Assembly (NCBI GenBank): GCA_963815365.1
Contig: CAWFGN010000012.1
Span: 128,934 to 192,933, forward strand
DNA from: an uncultured beta proteobacterium
GTDB lineage: Bacteria > Pseudomonadota > Gammaproteobacteria > Burkholderiales > Rhodocyclaceae
DNA: 64,000 bases
Reading direction: 5' to 3'
In this document: piece after piece, positions 44,260 through 57,301 of the stretch
How positions within the stretch are numbered: position 1 is the stretch's first letter
How the letters are laid out: the number at the start of each line of letters is the position of its first letter
The notes under the pieces: model-generated
The model's database searches: none
What the model saw: only the letters and a program-made list of their open reading frames with translations
What the model was told of the DNA's origin: nothing
Made by a program: the position numbers and the translations under genes

Positions 44260-46835
44260 CGCAGCAAGCCCTTCAGGAGATAGAGCGCATCGAGTGCTTC
44301 GCGCGGCGTCAGGCTGTCGGGGTCGAGTCCGGCCAGTCGTTCCAGGGCAGGGTGTGGCTCGGGGTCGGCCGGTTCCGGGTCACCTTGCGCGAACAGGTCG
44401 GGTTGCAGCGGATCGACCGTGGCGCGCTGCTCGAATTCACGCAACTGCTTGCGGGCAGCGCGCACGACGGCGGTCGGGATGCCGGCCAGCGCCGCGACCT
44501 GAATCCCGTAGCTCTGGTTGGCCGGGCCTTCCTCGACGGCGTGCATGAAGACGATGCGGTCGTTGTGCTCGACGGCGCCGAGGTGGACGTTGGCCAGTTC
44601 GGTATATTCGTGCGACAGCCGGGTCATTTCGAAATAGTGTGTGGCAAATAGCGTCAGGCAGCGGTTCTTGTCGATCAGATGGCGCAGGATGGCGAAGGCC
44701 AGCGCCATGCCGTCGAAGGTCGAGGTGCCGCGGCCGATTTCGTCCATCAGCACGAGGCTGTTGGCCGTCGCGTGGTGCAGGATGGCGGCGGCTTCGGTCA
44801 TTTCGACCATGAAGGTCGAACGGCCGGAAGCCAGGTCGTCGGAAGCCCCGATGCGGGTGAAGATGCGGTCGAGCGGGCCGAGCACGCATCGGTCGGCCGG
44901 CACGTAGCAGCCGATGTGGGCGAGCAGGGCGATCAGCGCCACCTGTCGCATGTAGGTCGATTTACCGCCCATGTTCGGGCCGGTGATGAGCAGCAGGCGA
45001 CGGTTTTCGGCGAGCAGGCAGTCGTTGGCGATGAAGGTTTCGGCGTTGTTGGCCAGTTCGCCCTCAACCACCGGATGACGACCGCCTTCCACGGTCAACC
45101 CGATTTCTTCGGCAAATTCGGGCTTGCACCAGTTGCGCTTGAGGGCGGTTTCAGCGAAGCCGGCCAGCAGGTCGAGATGGGCGACGGCGCGGGCGATGAT
45201 TTGCAGGGTTGGAATGACTGGTTGCAGTTCGTCGAGAATGGCCTCGTAGAGCAGCTTCTCGCGGGCCAGGGCGCGTTCCTGGGCCGACAGTGCTTTGTCC
45301 TCGAAAGCCTTGAGTTCCGGCGTGATGTAGCGCTCGGCATTCTTCAGCGTTTGCCGGCGGCGGTAGTCTTCCGGGATTTTCTCGGTATTGGCGTGCGTGA
45401 CTTCGATGTAGAAGCCATGCACCTTGTTGTACTCGACCTTGAGGCTGCTGATACCAGTGCGCTCGCGTTCGCGGGCTTCCATGTGAACGAGGTAGGCGCC
45501 GCAGTTGTCGTTCAGCGAGCGGTATTCGTCGAGGTCGGCATCGAAGCCCGGCGCGATGACACCGCCGTCGCGCACCTGGGCGCCCGGTTCGGCGGCGATG
45601 GCGCGAACCAGCAGGTCGAGTGCCTCGGCCGGCGTCGCCAGTTCGGCAAAGGCCTGAGTCAGCAGTGCGGAGGTCGTGCCAGCCAGCGGTGCACGCAGTT
45701 CCGACAGGCGGGCCAGCGATTCGCGCAGGCTGGCCAGATCGCGCGGTCGGGCATTCCTCAAGGCGATGCGCCCGGCAATGCGCTCGATGTCGGCGATACC
45801 GCGCAGGGCCTTGCGCGTGTCACCGGCCAGGCGGCCGTAGTCTTCCAGCAGCGCCTCGACAGCGCCGTGGCGGGCCGCGGGAATCGCCCGCTCGCGCAGC
45901 GGATGGTGCAAGGTGTGGCGGAGCAGGCGCGAGCCCATGCTGGTGACGCAATTGTCGAGCAGCGAAAACAGCGTAGGCGACGGCTGGCCGCGCAGGGTCT
46001 CGGTCAGTTCCAGATTGCGCCGGGTGGCGAGGTCGAGGCCGAGATAGGCGCCCTCGATCTCTACGGTCAAGCCGCGCAGATGCGGCAATTTGCCCGATTG
46101 CGTCGCCTGGGCGTACTGGAGCAGGGCACCGGCCGCAGCAATCGCCGGCTTCAGGCCTTCGGCACCGAAACCGGCGAGCGAGGCAACCTCGAACTGTTCG
46201 CACAACAGGCGCTTGGCCGAGTCGAAATCGAAATACCAGTCCGGCTGGCGCGTGCGCGCCGCATCGACGCCGAAATTCGGCGTCCAGCTTTCCGGATAGA
46301 GGATTTCCGTCGGGCGGATGCGCTCCAGCGTCGCCGCGATTTGTTCGGCCGCTACCTCGATCAGGATGAATTCGCCGCTGGCCAGGTTCAGCCGGGCAAT
46401 GCCGGCCGTATTGCGCAGCGTCGTCACCGCCAGCAGCCAGATGTCCTGCTTGTCGTCGATCAGCGCCGCGTCAGTCAGCGTGCCCGGCGTGACGATGCGC
46501 GCCACGGCCCTTTCGACGGGTCCCTTGCTGGTCGCCGGATCGCCGATCTGCTCGCAGATCACCGCCGATTCGCCCAGCTTCACCAGCCGCGCCAGGTAGG
46601 GCTCCAGCGAATGAAAAGGCACGCCGCACATCTTGATCGGCACTCCGGCCGACTGGCCGCGCGTGGTCAGCGTGATGTCGAGCAGTCGCGCGGCCTTCTC
46701 GGCGTCCTCATAGAACAACTCGTAGAAGTCGCCCATCCGGTAAAAGAGCAGTGTTCCAGGATGTCCGGCCTTGAGCGCCAGATACTGCTGCATCATCGGG
46801 GTGTGTTTTGAGAGATCGGGCGTTTCGTTGGCCAT
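44256..46835 (-). CDS. mutS: DNA mismatch repair protein MutS
   Basis: [31 protein letters not shown]. Confidence 0.98.
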   Translation of the reverse strand: MANETPDLSKHTPMMQQYLALKAGHPGTLLFYRMGDFYELFYEDAEKAARLLDITLTTRGQSAGVPIKMCGVPFHSLEPYLARLVKLGESAVICEQIGDPATSKGPVERAVARIVTPGTLTDAALIDDKQDIWLLAVTTLRNTAGIARLNLASGEFILIEVAAEQIAATLERIRPTEILYPESWTPNFGVDAARTRQPDWYFDFDSAKRLLCEQFEVASLAGFGAEGLKPAIAAAGALLQYAQATQSGKLPHLRGLTVEIEGAYLGLDLATRRNLELTETLRGQPSPTLFSLLDNCVTSMGSRLLRHTLHHPLRERAIPAARHGAVEALLEDYGRLAGDTRKALRGIADIERIAGRIALRNARPRDLASLRESLARLSELRAPLAGTTSALLTQAFAELATPAEALDLLVRAIAAEPGAQVRDGGVIAPGFDADLDEYRSLNDNCGAYLVHMEARERERTGISSLKVEYNKVHGFYIEVTHANTEKIPEDYRRRQTLKNAERYITPELKAFEDKALSAQERALAREKLLYEAILDELQPVIPTLQIIARAVAHLDLLAGFAETALKRNWCKPEFAEEIGLTVEGGRHPVVEGELANNAETFIANDCLLAENRRLLLITGPNMGGKSTYMRQVALIALLAHIGCYVPADRCVLGPLDRIFTRIGASDDLASGRSTFMVEMTEAAAILHHATANSLVLMDEIGRGTSTFDGMALAFAILRHLIDKNRCLTLFATHYFEMTRLSHEYTELANVHLGAVEHNDRIVFMHAVEEGPANQSYGIQVAALAGIPTAVVRAARKQLREFEQRATVDPLQPDLFAQGDPEPADPEPHPALERLAGLDPDSLTPREALDALYLLKGLLR

Positions 46836-46913
46836 TGATTCAGGGCGACTGGATAGTGCGTGGCTGGGGCGCAATTGTCCCATCAACGGGCGATGCCTGC
46901 CACCGGTTGCCGG

Positions 46914-48533
46914 TCAGCGGACGACAAGTTCAATCAAATGTGGACCGCCGGCGTGGATGGCCTGGCGCAGGGCATGACTGAAAGAGTCGCGACATCTGGC
47001 CTGGGCAAAACCGATGTCGAAGGTCAGTGCGGCATGCTCGAAGCTGAATTGCTGCGGCGTGCGCCAGCCTTGTTCGAATTCGGGCAGAGCGGCTTGCGGC
47101 AAATGAGTGAAAATGCCGCCGCCGCCGTTGTTGACGGCGACGATGATCGCGTCGCGCCCCTGCGCCAGCGCCAGGCCGCCGATATCGTGCTGGCAGGTCA
47201 GGTCGCCGAGCATGGCGACGACGCGGCCATGGACGGCGGCGATGCCGAGCGCCGTGGAAATATTCCCGTCAATGCCGCTGGCGCCGCGGTTGCCATAGAA
47301 GACAAGGGGCTTTGCACCGCTGCCGGAAGCGCTGTCCAGTTCACGGATGGCCAGCGAATTGCCGACGAACAGCGGGGTGTTGGCCGACAATTCGTCGAGC
47401 AGCAACGCAATGTAATCTGTCGCGGCGTTACCTGGCTGCTCTGCGGATTCGCACGCCATGAAGCCAGGAAGCCAGTCGGCGGGCGCAGCCGCAGGGCGTG
47501 CCGCCAGCAACGCCCGACACACGGCGAGCGGCGCGGCCCGCAGCAGGTGGGTGAGGCGATACGCCGGATCGCTCCAGCGCGGCCAGGGGTCGATCAGAGC
47601 ATGAACGGCCGGGTTGCAGTTCAGGTAGTTTTGCAGCCTGCGGTTCACCGGAAAGCTGCCGAAGCGCAGAATCCATTCGGGTCGCCGTGCCGCCACAGCC
47701 GTTAGGTCGGCCAGCCAGAGGTTGTAGCGGACACACACATGCGAGCGATCATGCGCGCCGAAGCGCAGGTTGGACAGCGGTTCGGCCAGTATCGGGCAGT
47801 CGAGGCGGGCGGCAAGCGCGGTCAACGCCTCGGCGAGGCCGTTTTCCATCGGTAGTTCACCGCAGACGATGACACCGGGACGGCCGGCGATGGCCTCGGT
47901 CAGCGCGTGAATGTCGTCGTTGTTCGGCCACAACAAGGGTTGGAAGATAGCAATTCTTTCCGGCAGGCAAGGTGCTGTTGTTGCGCCCGCCGGCAGCAGT
48001 GGCTCGCGAAAGGGCTGGTTGATATGCACCGGCCCCGGGTGCGGCCAGCAGGCCTGTTCGCAGGCCCGGGCAGCGAAATGCTGAAGATAAGCCGGATCAA
48101 GGTCGTCCCCGGGGGTGCCGAGCAGGTGGCTGGCGCGGACATGGGCGCCGAAAAGCGCGCGTTGATCGATGGTCTGGTTGGCGCCGCAGCCCTGCAGTTC
48201 CGGCGGCCGGTCGGCCGAAATGGCGATCAGCGGCACGCCGGCCTGGCTGGCCTCGATGATGGCCGGCAGCCAGTTGGCCGGCGCCGTCCCGGATGTGGCG
48301 AGCAGCAGCACCGGGCGGCGGCTGGCCTTGGCGATGCCGAGTGCAAAAAAGGCTGCGCTGCGCTCGTCCACTGCAACCGTGCACTGCAGTCCGGGCTGGC
48401 GCAGCATGGCCAGCGCCAGCGGCGTCGACCGGGAACCGGGAGAAATGACCGCGTGCGTTACGCCGGAAGCGACAAAGCCGGCGACCATCGCCTGTGACCA
48501 GAGAAAGTTGAGCGTGCCGGTATCGGTCATCAT
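46914..48533 (-). CDS. menD: SEPHCHC synthase (ThDP-dependent)
   Basis: SPGSRSTPL, DERSAAF, TSGTA, FREPL, NRGASGIDG, GDL..NNGGG. Confidence 0.92.
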   Translation of the reverse strand: MMTDTGTLNFLWSQAMVAGFVASGVTHAVISPGSRSTPLALAMLRQPGLQCTVAVDERSAAFFALGIAKASRRPVLLLATSGTAPANWLPAIIEASQAGVPLIAISADRPPELQGCGANQTIDQRALFGAHVRASHLLGTPGDDLDPAYLQHFAARACEQACWPHPGPVHINQPFREPLLPAGATTAPCLPERIAIFQPLLWPNNDDIHALTEAIAGRPGVIVCGELPMENGLAEALTALAARLDCPILAEPLSNLRFGAHDRSHVCVRYNLWLADLTAVAARRPEWILRFGSFPVNRRLQNYLNCNPAVHALIDPWPRWSDPAYRLTHLLRAAPLAVCRALLAARPAAAPADWLPGFMACESAEQPGNAATDYIALLLDELSANTPLFVGNSLAIRELDSASGSGAKPLVFYGNRGASGIDGNISTALGIAAVHGRVVAMLGDLTCQHDIGGLALAQGRDAIIVAVNNGGGGIFTHLPQAALPEFEQGWRTPQQFSFEHAALTFDIGFAQARCRDSFSHALRQAIHAGGPHLIELVVR

Positions 48534-48606
48534 GTCCGGCCCAGCGCCGGCGGGATCAACAAAACGGGAATTGTAGTCGCTTGGGCCGCTTTGCGCGGGA
48601 GCGCTG

Positions 48607-48623
48607 TGATACTATCCGCCCCG
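48607..48623 (+). promoter_or_regulatory. Putative extended -10 promoter with GC-rich discriminator for tRNA-Asp
   Basis: TG-A-TACTAT followed by CCGCCCCG, about 45 nt upstream of the tRNA. Confidence 0.4.
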
Positions 48624-48659
48624 TTCCTGGTTCCCGGATTTGTCCGGGCAGGCAGGGAA

Positions 48660-48736
48660 GGAGTGGTAGTTCAGTTGGTTAGAATACCGGCCTGTCACGC
48701 CGGGGGTCGCGGGTTCGAGTCCCGTCCACTCCGCCA
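48660..48736 (+). tRNA. tRNA-Asp (GTC)
   Basis: GGAGTGG/CCACTCC acceptor stem, D-arm, anticodon loop CTGTCAC, GGTTCGAGTCC T-loop, encoded CCA. Confidence 0.97.
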
Positions 48737-48745
48737 ACATCATGC

Positions 48746-48783
48746 AACCCGTTGAGAATCTTCCTGATTTCAACGGGTTATTT
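48746..48783. terminator. Hairpin terminator between convergent tRNA-Asp and the TRIC-family gene
   Basis: AACCCGTTGA...TCAACGGGTT perfect 10-bp stem followed by ATTTGTT. Confidence 0.7.
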
Positions 48784-49396
48784 GTTGGCCGAAGGCGGGC
48801 AGGGTCAGGTTGAAGTGCATTGCCGCCAGGCGCAGTCCGAGGACGATTCCCATGCCGGCCCACGCCGCAATGACCGGAGATAGCCCGGCTTCCTGCAGGC
48901 CGATCATGACGAGCGCCCCGGCCCATGCCGCCGAGGCGTAGAGTTCGCCCTTGAGGAAGACCAGCGGCACGTCGTTGCACAGGACGTCACGCAGGACGCC
49001 GCCGACCACGCCGGTGATGACTCCCATCAGGCTGGCAACCAGCCACGGTGCGTGCCATTGCAGCGCCACCTGGGTGCCGACGATGGTAAATAGCGCCAGG
49101 CCGAGGGCGTCGGGAATCAGGAAAAGCCGGGGGGGAAGCGTGAAGGCGCGCGCCACGAAAAAGGTGACCAGTCCGGCGCCCAGAGCGACCACCAGATAGG
49201 TCTGGTCGACCACCCAGAACACGTTGCGATCGAGCAGCAGGTCGCGAATGGTGCCGCCGCCGAGCGCGGTCGCCACGCCGACCAGCAAGGCGCCGATCAG
49301 GTCCATGTGCTTGCGGCCGGAATCGAGCACGCCGGTCAGCGCATTGACCGCCACGGCCGCCAGTCCGACCCAGTAGAGCAGGGCGTCCAAGCTCAC
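48770..49396 (-). CDS. Trimeric intracellular cation channel family (UPF0126, YadS/YicG)
   Basis: Duplicated motif TALGGGTIRD / TGVVGGVLRD, DALGL, ELYA. Confidence 0.88.
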   Translation of the reverse strand: MSLDALLYWVGLAAVAVNALTGVLDSGRKHMDLIGALLVGVATALGGGTIRDLLLDRNVFWVVDQTYLVVALGAGLVTFFVARAFTLPPRLFLIPDALGLALFTIVGTQVALQWHAPWLVASLMGVITGVVGGVLRDVLCNDVPLVFLKGELYASAAWAGALVMIGLQEAGLSPVIAAWAGMGIVLGLRLAAMHFNLTLPAFGQQITR

Positions 49397-49397
49397 C

Positions 49398-49847
49398 TCA
49401 ACGCTGCAGATCTTTCACTGCGCGCTGGGCTTCGCGCTTCGAATCCTTCTCTTCCTCGTCGGCGCGTTTGTCATGTTGCTTCTTGCCCTTGGCAAGGCCG
49501 ATTTCTAGCTTGATGCGGCCACGGGCGTAGTGCAGATCGAGCGGCACAAGGGCATAGCCGGCACGTTCCACCTTGCCGATCAGCTTCATGATCTCGTGCT
49601 CGTGCAGCAGGAGCTTGCGCGTGCGGGTCGGGTCGGGGTTGACGTGCGTGGAGGCAGTCGGCAGCGCGGTGATATGCATGCCGATCAGGTAGATTTCGCC
49701 ACCCTTGACGATGACGTAGGATTCCTTGATGTTCATCCGGCCGGCGCGGATGGCCTTGACTTCCCATCCCTGAAGGGCAATGCCCGCCTCGTACTTCTCT
49801 TCGATGAAGTAGTCGTGGAAGGCTTTTTTATTGACCGTGATGCTCAT
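49398..49847 (-). CDS. smpB: SsrA-binding protein
   Basis: [35 protein letters not shown]. Confidence 0.97.
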   Translation of the reverse strand: MSITVNKKAFHDYFIEEKYEAGIALQGWEVKAIRAGRMNIKESYVIVKGGEIYLIGMHITALPTASTHVNPDPTRTRKLLLHEHEIMKLIGKVERAGYALVPLDLHYARGRIKLEIGLAKGKKQHDKRADEEEKDSKREAQRAVKDLQR

Positions 49848-49907
49848 GCTGCCGGGTGATCCTTTAAAATTCGCGCATTTTACAGGATACAGGAACGCGC
49901 CCGCCGC

Positions 49908-50351
49908 ATGGCTCTGGTCGAAAAATCCGTACTCATCGAGCAATCCGCGGCCCGCATGTTCGAGCTGGTGGATCGTTGCGAGGACTATCCCGCCTTTCTG
50001 CCGTGGTGCAGCCAGACCGAGGTCAAGTATCGCGATGCCCTGAAAACCGTGGCGACCCTGCACGTCAATTATCACAGCGTAAAGACCTGCTTCACGACCG
50101 AGAACGACAAGGCACACCCGCAGGACATGACCATCCGCCTGGTCGATGGGCCATTTCGGCGGCTTGAAGGCTCATGGCATTTCCGGGCGCTGGCAGAAAA
50201 CGCCTGCAAGATCGAGTTCCAGCTGCACTACGAGTTTTCCAGCAAGGTGTTCGAGAAGGTGATCGGCCCGGTCTTCAGCCATATCGCGAACACCTTTGTC
50301 GATGCCTTCGTGCGCCGTGCAGCCCACGTCTATGGAGAAAGCAATGGCTGA
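49908..50351 (+). CDS. ratA: RatA/PasT (Coq10-like START domain)
   Basis: [26 protein letters not shown]; divergent from smpB. Confidence 0.92.
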   Translation: MALVEKSVLIEQSAARMFELVDRCEDYPAFLPWCSQTEVKYRDALKTVATLHVNYHSVKTCFTTENDKAHPQDMTIRLVDGPFRRLEGSWHFRALAENACKIEFQLHYEFSSKVFEKVIGPVFSHIANTFVDAFVRRAAHVYGESNG

Positions 50352-50670
50352 AATGCTGAAAGTCGAAGTCTGCTATGCACTGCCGGAAAAGCAGTTGCTG
50401 GTTCCGGTAAAACTGCCGGAAGGCGCCACGCTGCAACAGGCGATCGAGGCCTCGGGGCTGCTGGAAAAGTATCCGGAAATCGACGTGAAGAAGAACAAGG
50501 TCGGGATCTTCGCCAAGCTGTCCAAGCTCGACACGGTCTTGCGCGATCACGACCGCGTCGAAATCTACCGCCCGCTGATCGCCGACCCCAAGGAAGTCCG
50601 CAAGCAGCGCGCGGCTGAAGGGAAAGTAATGAAGAAGGGCGCCGGCGAGGCCGACACCCCGGAGTCCTGA
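50344..50670 (+). CDS. ratB: RnfH/RatB ubiquitin-like protein
   Basis: [27 protein letters not shown]. Confidence 0.9.
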   Translation: MAEMLKVEVCYALPEKQLLVPVKLPEGATLQQAIEASGLLEKYPEIDVKKNKVGIFAKLSKLDTVLRDHDRVEIYRPLIADPKEVRKQRAAEGKVMKKGAGEADTPES

Positions 50671-50699
50671 GAAAACTTCACAGGTTCAGCAGCCTTCTT

Positions 50700-51176
50700 C
50701 TATTTGCAGGACTCGGCGATGACCTTGCGGGCACGGTCGATTTCGTCGCCGCGCTGCTCATCTTCCAGGAAGGTCTCGCCGCCCTTGCCGTCAGGCAGGA
50801 TCATGCGCCGGCCGGATTCCAGGGCTTGCAGGTGAAGCCGGGCCCGGTCGCAGTTCTCGCGAAGCTGGGCAGTCTGGGCCGCTTCCTTCGCTTCCTTTTC
50901 GGACTTTTCCCGTGCTTCCTGCTGCCGCTTGCGGAACTCCATGTTCTTTTCGGCGGTCGTCTTCGGCTCATCCGTTGGTTTGGCAACCCCGCCCACCGTA
51001 GGCGGCGGCGATGTGCCAACGGCCCGCGAGTCGCGTGCGGAAGCCGGCGGCGGCGTGTCGGAGATCACCGTGCGGCCGCTACTGTCCTTCCATTGATAGG
51101 TTTGGGCACAAACCGTAGGGGCAGTCGCGGTCAACGCTAAAAACAGGGCGAAAATCAGGGCGCGGTTCATGGTCAT
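50700..51176 (-). CDS. DUF4124 domain exported protein
   Basis: Signal peptide, [17 protein letters not shown], coiled coil with a Cys pair. Start is 51176 or 51170. Confidence 0.85.
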   Translation of the reverse strand: MTMNRALIFALFLALTATAPTVCAQTYQWKDSSGRTVISDTPPPASARDSRAVGTSPPPTVGGVAKPTDEPKTTAEKNMEFRKRQQEAREKSEKEAKEAAQTAQLRENCDRARLHLQALESGRRMILPDGKGGETFLEDEQRGDEIDRARKVIAESCK

Positions 51177-51232
51177 CCAGTGTTTTGTGTGATTTCTGTA
51201 TAATACGTTTTTGTGACCTTGGAACAAAGGCC

Positions 51233-52696
51233 ATGCGCATTTTGCAAAAAGCCCTGACTTTCGACGACGTTCTGCTTGTCCCCGCCCATTCACAGATTCT
51301 GCCGCGCGATGTGAATCTCGCGACCCGGCTGACACGCAACATTTCCCTGAACCTGCCGCTCCTTTCTGCGGCCATGGATACCGTGACCGAAGGCCGGCTG
51401 GCCATCGCCCTCGCCCAGGAAGGCGGGATCGGCATCATCCACAAGAACCTTTCGCCCAAGGCCCAGGCTGCCGAAGTGGCGAAGGTCAAGCGCTTCGAAT
51501 CCGGCATCCTCAAGGATCCGATTACCGTTTCGCCGCTGATGACGGTGCGTGACGTGATCGAAATTACCCGCCAGTACCGCATCTCCGGGCTTCCGGTGAT
51601 TGACAAGGCGGGCAAGGTGGTGGGCATCGTCACCAACCGTGACCTGCGTTTCGAAACCAATCTCGACCAGCCGGTCAAGGCCATCATGACCCCGCGCAAG
51701 CGCCTGGTGACGGTGAAGGAGGGCGCCAGTGTCGAGGATGCCCAGGAACTGATCCGCAAGCACCGCCTGGAGCGCGTGCTGGTCATCGACGATGACTGGC
51801 GGATGCGCGGCCTGATCACGGTCAAGGATATTCTCAAGTCTACCGAACACCCGCTGGCCAACAAGGATGTCTCGGGCAGCCTGCGGGCCGGCGCGGCAGT
51901 CGGCGTCGGTGCGGGGACCGAAGAGCGCGTCGAACTGCTGGCCGAAGCCGGCATCGACGTGATCGTGGTCGATACCGCGCACGGCCATTCGCAAGGCGTG
52001 CTTGACCGCGTCAAATGGGTCAAGCGGAACTTCCCGCAGATTGAAGTCATTGGTGGCAACATCGCCACCGGCGATGCGGCGCGGGCGTTGCTCGACAACG
52101 GTGCTGACGGGGTCAAGGTCGGGATCGGCCCCGGTTCGATCTGCACGACGCGCATCGTGGCCGGGGTTGGCGTGCCGCAGATCACCGCCATCCAGAACGT
52201 TTCCGAGGCACTCAAGGGCAGCGGCGTGCCGATGATCGCTGACGGCGGCATCCGCTACTCCGGCGATATCGCCAAGGCGATTGCCGCCGGTGCCGATACG
52301 GTGATGCTCGGCGGCCTGTTCGCCGGTACCGAGGAAGCGCCGGGCGAGGTCGAACTGTTCCAGGGTCGCTCGTACAAGTCCTACCGCGGCATGGGCTCGC
52401 TGGGCGCCATGCAGGCCGGATCATCCGACCGCTATTTCCAGGAAAACACCGCCAACGTCAACAAGTTCGTGCCCGAGGGTATCGAAGGCCGGGTGCCTTA
52501 CAAGGGGTCGGTACTGGCGGTGATCCACCAACTGATGGGCGGCCTGCGTTCGTCGATGGGCTACCTTGGTTGTGCGACGATTCCCCTGATGCACGATCAG
52601 GCTTGCTTCGTGGAGATCACTTCGGCCGGCGTGCGCGAATCGCACGTGCACGACGTGCAGATCACCAAGGAAGCGCCGAATTACCACGTCGAATAA
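51233..52696 (+). CDS. guaB: IMP dehydrogenase
   Basis: [11 protein letters not shown] pair, [11 protein letters not shown]. Confidence 0.98.
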   Translation: MRILQKALTFDDVLLVPAHSQILPRDVNLATRLTRNISLNLPLLSAAMDTVTEGRLAIALAQEGGIGIIHKNLSPKAQAAEVAKVKRFESGILKDPITVSPLMTVRDVIEITRQYRISGLPVIDKAGKVVGIVTNRDLRFETNLDQPVKAIMTPRKRLVTVKEGASVEDAQELIRKHRLERVLVIDDDWRMRGLITVKDILKSTEHPLANKDVSGSLRAGAAVGVGAGTEERVELLAEAGIDVIVVDTAHGHSQGVLDRVKWVKRNFPQIEVIGGNIATGDAARALLDNGADGVKVGIGPGSICTTRIVAGVGVPQITAIQNVSEALKGSGVPMIADGGIRYSGDIAKAIAAGADTVMLGGLFAGTEEAPGEVELFQGRSYKSYRGMGSLGAMQAGSSDRYFQENTANVNKFVPEGIEGRVPYKGSVLAVIHQLMGGLRSSMGYLGCATIPLMHDQACFVEITSAGVRESHVHDVQITKEAPNYHVE

Positions 52697-52700
52697 CTCC

Positions 52701-52823
52701 ATGGCTCAATGGCCGACCTGGCTGAAGGTGGTGATCGCCGTTGCCGGCATCGCCGGCGTCATTGCCTTCTCCCAGTTGCTGCTCTATCTCGACCGGATGG
52801 GCGCGAGCAAGTTCGATCTCTGA
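52701..52823 (+). CDS. Small single-TM protein (40 aa) between guaB and guaA
   Basis: MAQWPTWLKVVIAVAGIAGVIAFSQLLLYLDRMGASKFDL; starts 4 nt after the guaB stop; host-like GC3-rich codons. Confidence 0.65.
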   Translation: MAQWPTWLKVVIAVAGIAGVIAFSQLLLYLDRMGASKFDL

Positions 52824-52880
52824 CAGGTGCCGGATTTTTCCGGCACTTTTTCATTCATCGCTGAATCGCCACATTTCCTC

Positions 52881-54446
52881 ATGTCCCACCAGAAAATCCT
52901 CATTCTCGACTTCGGTTCCCAGGTGACCCAGCTGATCGCACGCCGCGTGCGCGAGCAGCAGGTCTATTGCGAGCTGCATCCCTTTGACGTTTCCGCAGAG
53001 TTCATCCGCAACTTCAACCCGCAAGGCATCATCCTTTCCGGCGGGCCGAACTCGGTTTATGAAGCGATCGAATGGAAGGCGCCGCAGGTGGTTTTCGAAC
53101 TGGGGGTTCCGGTCCTTGGCATCTGCTACGGCATGCAGACGATGGCCCAGCAACTGGGCGGCAAGGTCGAAAGCTCCGGGAAGCGCGAGTTCGGTTTCGC
53201 CGAAGTGCGCGCCCGCGGCCATTCCCGGCTGTTCAACGGGATTCAGGACCGCAGCAATGCCGAAGGCCACGGCCTGCTCGAAGTCTGGATGAGTCACGGC
53301 GACAAGGTCACCGAACTGCCGGCCGGCTTCAAGGTCATCGGCAGCAGCGAATCGTGCCCGGTGGCGGCGATGGCCGACGAGGAACGCGGCTTCTACGCTG
53401 TCCAGTTCCACCCGGAAGTCACGCACACCCTCAAGGGCAAGGAGATGATCGCCCGCTTCGTGCATGACATCTGCGGCTGCGGTCACGACTGGAACATGCC
53501 CGACTACGTCAACGAAGCGATCGCCAGAGTGCGCGCCCAGGTCGGCGCCGACGAAGTCATTCTCGGCCTCTCCGGCGGCGTCGATTCATCGGTCGTCGCC
53601 GCGCTGCTGCACAAGGCGATTGGCGACCAGCTGACCTGCGTTTTTGTCGACAACGGCCTGCTGCGCCTCAACGAAGGCGAGCAGGTCATGCAGACCTTCG
53701 CCCGCAATCTTGGCGTCAAGGTCATCCACGTCGATGCCAGCGACCAGTTCCTGGGCCACCTGAAAGGCATCTCCGATCCGGAGGCCAAGCGCAAGATCAT
53801 CGGCCGCGAGTTCGTCGAAGTCTTCCAGGCCGAAGCGGCAAAACTGCCGAATGCCAAATGGCTGGCACAAGGCACGATCTATCCGGACGTGATCGAATCC
53901 GCCGGCGCGAAGACCGGCAAGGCGCATGCGATCAAGAGCCACCACAACGTGGGCGGCCTGCCGGAGACGCTGAACCTCAAGCTGCTCGAACCGCTGCGCG
54001 AACTGTTCAAGGATGAAGTGCGCGAACTCGGTGTGGCACTGGGCCTGCCGCACGAGATGGTCTATCGCCACCCATTCCCCGGCCCCGGCCTCGGCGTGCG
54101 CATCCTTGGCGAGGTGAAACACGAATTCGCTGACCTGCTGCGCCGCGCCGATGCCATCTTCATCGACGAACTGCGCGCCGCCGACTGGTACGACAAGACC
54201 AGCCAGGCCTTTGCCGTCTTCCTGCCGGTGAAGTCGGTCGGCGTCATGGGTGACGGGCGTACCTACGAATATGTGGTTGCGCTGCGTGCCGTGCAGACCC
54301 AGGATTTCATGACGGCGCACTGGGCAGAACTGCCGCACTCGCTACTTGGCAAGGTGAGCAACCGCATCATCAACGAAGTGCGCGGCATCAACCGGGTGGT
54401 CTACGACATCTCCGGCAAGCCGCCGGCAACGATAGAGTGGGAATGA
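52881..54446 (+). CDS. guaA: GMP synthase
   Basis: [34 protein letters not shown]. Confidence 0.98.
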   Translation: MSHQKILILDFGSQVTQLIARRVREQQVYCELHPFDVSAEFIRNFNPQGIILSGGPNSVYEAIEWKAPQVVFELGVPVLGICYGMQTMAQQLGGKVESSGKREFGFAEVRARGHSRLFNGIQDRSNAEGHGLLEVWMSHGDKVTELPAGFKVIGSSESCPVAAMADEERGFYAVQFHPEVTHTLKGKEMIARFVHDICGCGHDWNMPDYVNEAIARVRAQVGADEVILGLSGGVDSSVVAALLHKAIGDQLTCVFVDNGLLRLNEGEQVMQTFARNLGVKVIHVDASDQFLGHLKGISDPEAKRKIIGREFVEVFQAEAAKLPNAKWLAQGTIYPDVIESAGAKTGKAHAIKSHHNVGGLPETLNLKLLEPLRELFKDEVRELGVALGLPHEMVYRHPFPGPGLGVRILGEVKHEFADLLRRADAIFIDELRAADWYDKTSQAFAVFLPVKSVGVMGDGRTYEYVVALRAVQTQDFMTAHWAELPHSLLGKVSNRIINEVRGINRVVYDISGKPPATIEWE

Positions 54447-54472
54447 TTACACTGAAATTGCTGGCTTGAATT

Positions 54473-55753
<1,281 letters not shown>

Positions 55754-55763
55754 GGGAGTACTT

Positions 55764-56234
55764 TCAGTGAGGCAGCCAGGTGGGGCGGCGGGAAGAAATG
55801 AGTCTGGTATTGACGCCGAACCAGTTGAGGCCGCCGAACAGGCGGGCATATTCGATCTTGACGCAGCGGTCCATCACCACGGTCAACCCGGAATTTTCGG
55901 CAATTTTCACAGCCTCGTCGTTGATCACGCCGATCTGCAGCCACAGGGTCCTGGCGCCGATGGCAACGGCTTCGCGGGCGATGTCCGGCGTATCTGCCGG
56001 TTTGCGGAAGACGTCAACCAGATCGACCGGCTCAGGAATTGCCGACAGGGTGGGGTAGCACTTCTCGCCCAGGATTTCGTCGTATTTCGGATTGACCGGG
56101 ATGATCCGGTAACCATGTGCCTGCATGTACTTGGCGGCGAAGTTGGACGGCCGGAACCAGTCGGCGGAAAGGCCGACGATGGCCAGGGTCCGGCTTTCGC
56201 GCAGTACGCGGCGCAGGGTGTTGATATCGCTCAT
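55764..56234 (-). CDS. CoA-binding protein (YccU-like)
   Basis: AIVGLS, IPVNP, DLVDVFR, LWLQIG, VMDRC. Confidence 0.9.
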   Translation of the reverse strand: MSDINTLRRVLRESRTLAIVGLSADWFRPSNFAAKYMQAHGYRIIPVNPKYDEILGEKCYPTLSAIPEPVDLVDVFRKPADTPDIAREAVAIGARTLWLQIGVINDEAVKIAENSGLTVVMDRCVKIEYARLFGGLNWFGVNTRLISSRRPTWLPH

Positions 56235-56338
56235 GGGCGCATCTCAGGCGGCAGAACCATGAAAAAAGTTGGGCGCTTATGGTAATCGGTGAGGGAGTTT
56301 CTGTCACGGCCAGAGCGACGGTAGCACTCACGCGGCGG

Positions 56339-56875
56339 CTATTCGAGGGCGAACCACAGCCCGCCGCAGGAAAGCAGCAGAGCCACGCTCAGAATCAGTC
56401 CGTAGTGGATGGCCCGGTCCAGAATGATCAACTCATCCTGGCTCAGCGTCTGGTGGCTACGGATCAATTCGAGGTCGTTCACGCTTTGGCTACAGGGAAA
56501 TGACATTCCCGACAGTACCCTCTGCCGAACATCCTGGGAACGAATTGTTCCCCATAGCCCGTTCTGGATCATCAGGAACTGGGTGTTCGACCCTGCCCAG
56601 GCTGCCATGTCCGGCAAAGCTGCCGGCAGTTGATGAGCCTTGACGGCAACGACGAGGAGGTCCTGCACTACTGCATCCCAGGCGGCGGACACAGTAATCC
56701 CTTCGCACGCCTCGTTGCGCCCGTTCTCCTCGATTATCACCGGCAAGGGAAAACGCGGGCCGGGGCGAACGATCAGTGTCACCTGGTAGCCGGCGCGGGC
56801 CAGGCGTCCGGCCAAATAAAGGCCGGTGGCGCCGGCGCCGAAGACCCCGATGCGTAACGGACTGGAATCGGTCAT
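56339..56875 (-). pseudogene. Truncated ketopantoate reductase (PanE/ApbA) N-terminal domain fused in frame to an unrelated TM tail
   Basis: GAGATG, VAVKAHQ and IQNG are present, then homology stops at ~56555. The C-terminal catalytic domain is absent. Confidence 0.65.
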
Positions 56876-56882
56876 GGGTGGC

Positions 56883-57269
56883 CTATTGCGTATCGACGCT
56901 GGCCAGATAGGCCGCGGCGTCGAGCAGGCCTGCGAGTCCGGCGGGGCGATCGGGACGGAGCCGGAACAGCCATGTTGCATAGGGATCGGAATTGACCTGT
57001 TCCGGGGCGTCAACCGCAACTGCATTGGTTTCGATGATGGTTCCGGAAATCGGCGCGTAGACATCGGCGGCCGCCTTGACCGACTCGACGATGGCAAGGG
57101 ACTGTCCGGCTTCAAAGTGGGCATCGACTGCCGGCAATTCGACGAAGACCAGATCGCCCAGCGCTTCCTGGGCGTGGTCGGTGATCCCGACGGTGATGCT
57201 GCCGTCGGCTTCGAGGCGCAGCCATTCGTGCGATGCGGCGTATTTCAGTTCGGTTGGGGCGAGTGACAT
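56883..57269 (-). CDS. gcvH: Glycine cleavage H protein (lipoyl carrier), orphan
   Basis: [21 protein letters not shown] (lipoyl Lys), NSDPY. Confidence 0.9.
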   Translation of the reverse strand: MSLAPTELKYAASHEWLRLEADGSITVGITDHAQEALGDLVFVELPAVDAHFEAGQSLAIVESVKAAADVYAPISGTIIETNAVAVDAPEQVNSDPYATWLFRLRPDRPAGLAGLLDAAAYLASVDTQ

Positions 57270-57301
57270 GATTCGGAGATTTCGGGTGGTGAATGGAAGG
57301 C

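Noticed and set aside
44679-46811. Long antisense ORFs (also 40103..41689, 28299..29639, 26980..28314, 25249..26493, 60339..61835, 62501..63832)
   Set aside because: Shadow ORFs opposite well-conserved genes, expected from GC3-rich codon bias; no recognisable domains.
49908-50670. ratA-ratB as a toxin-antitoxin system
   Set aside because: A conserved housekeeping locus next to smpB; RatA is Coq10-like. Not novel.
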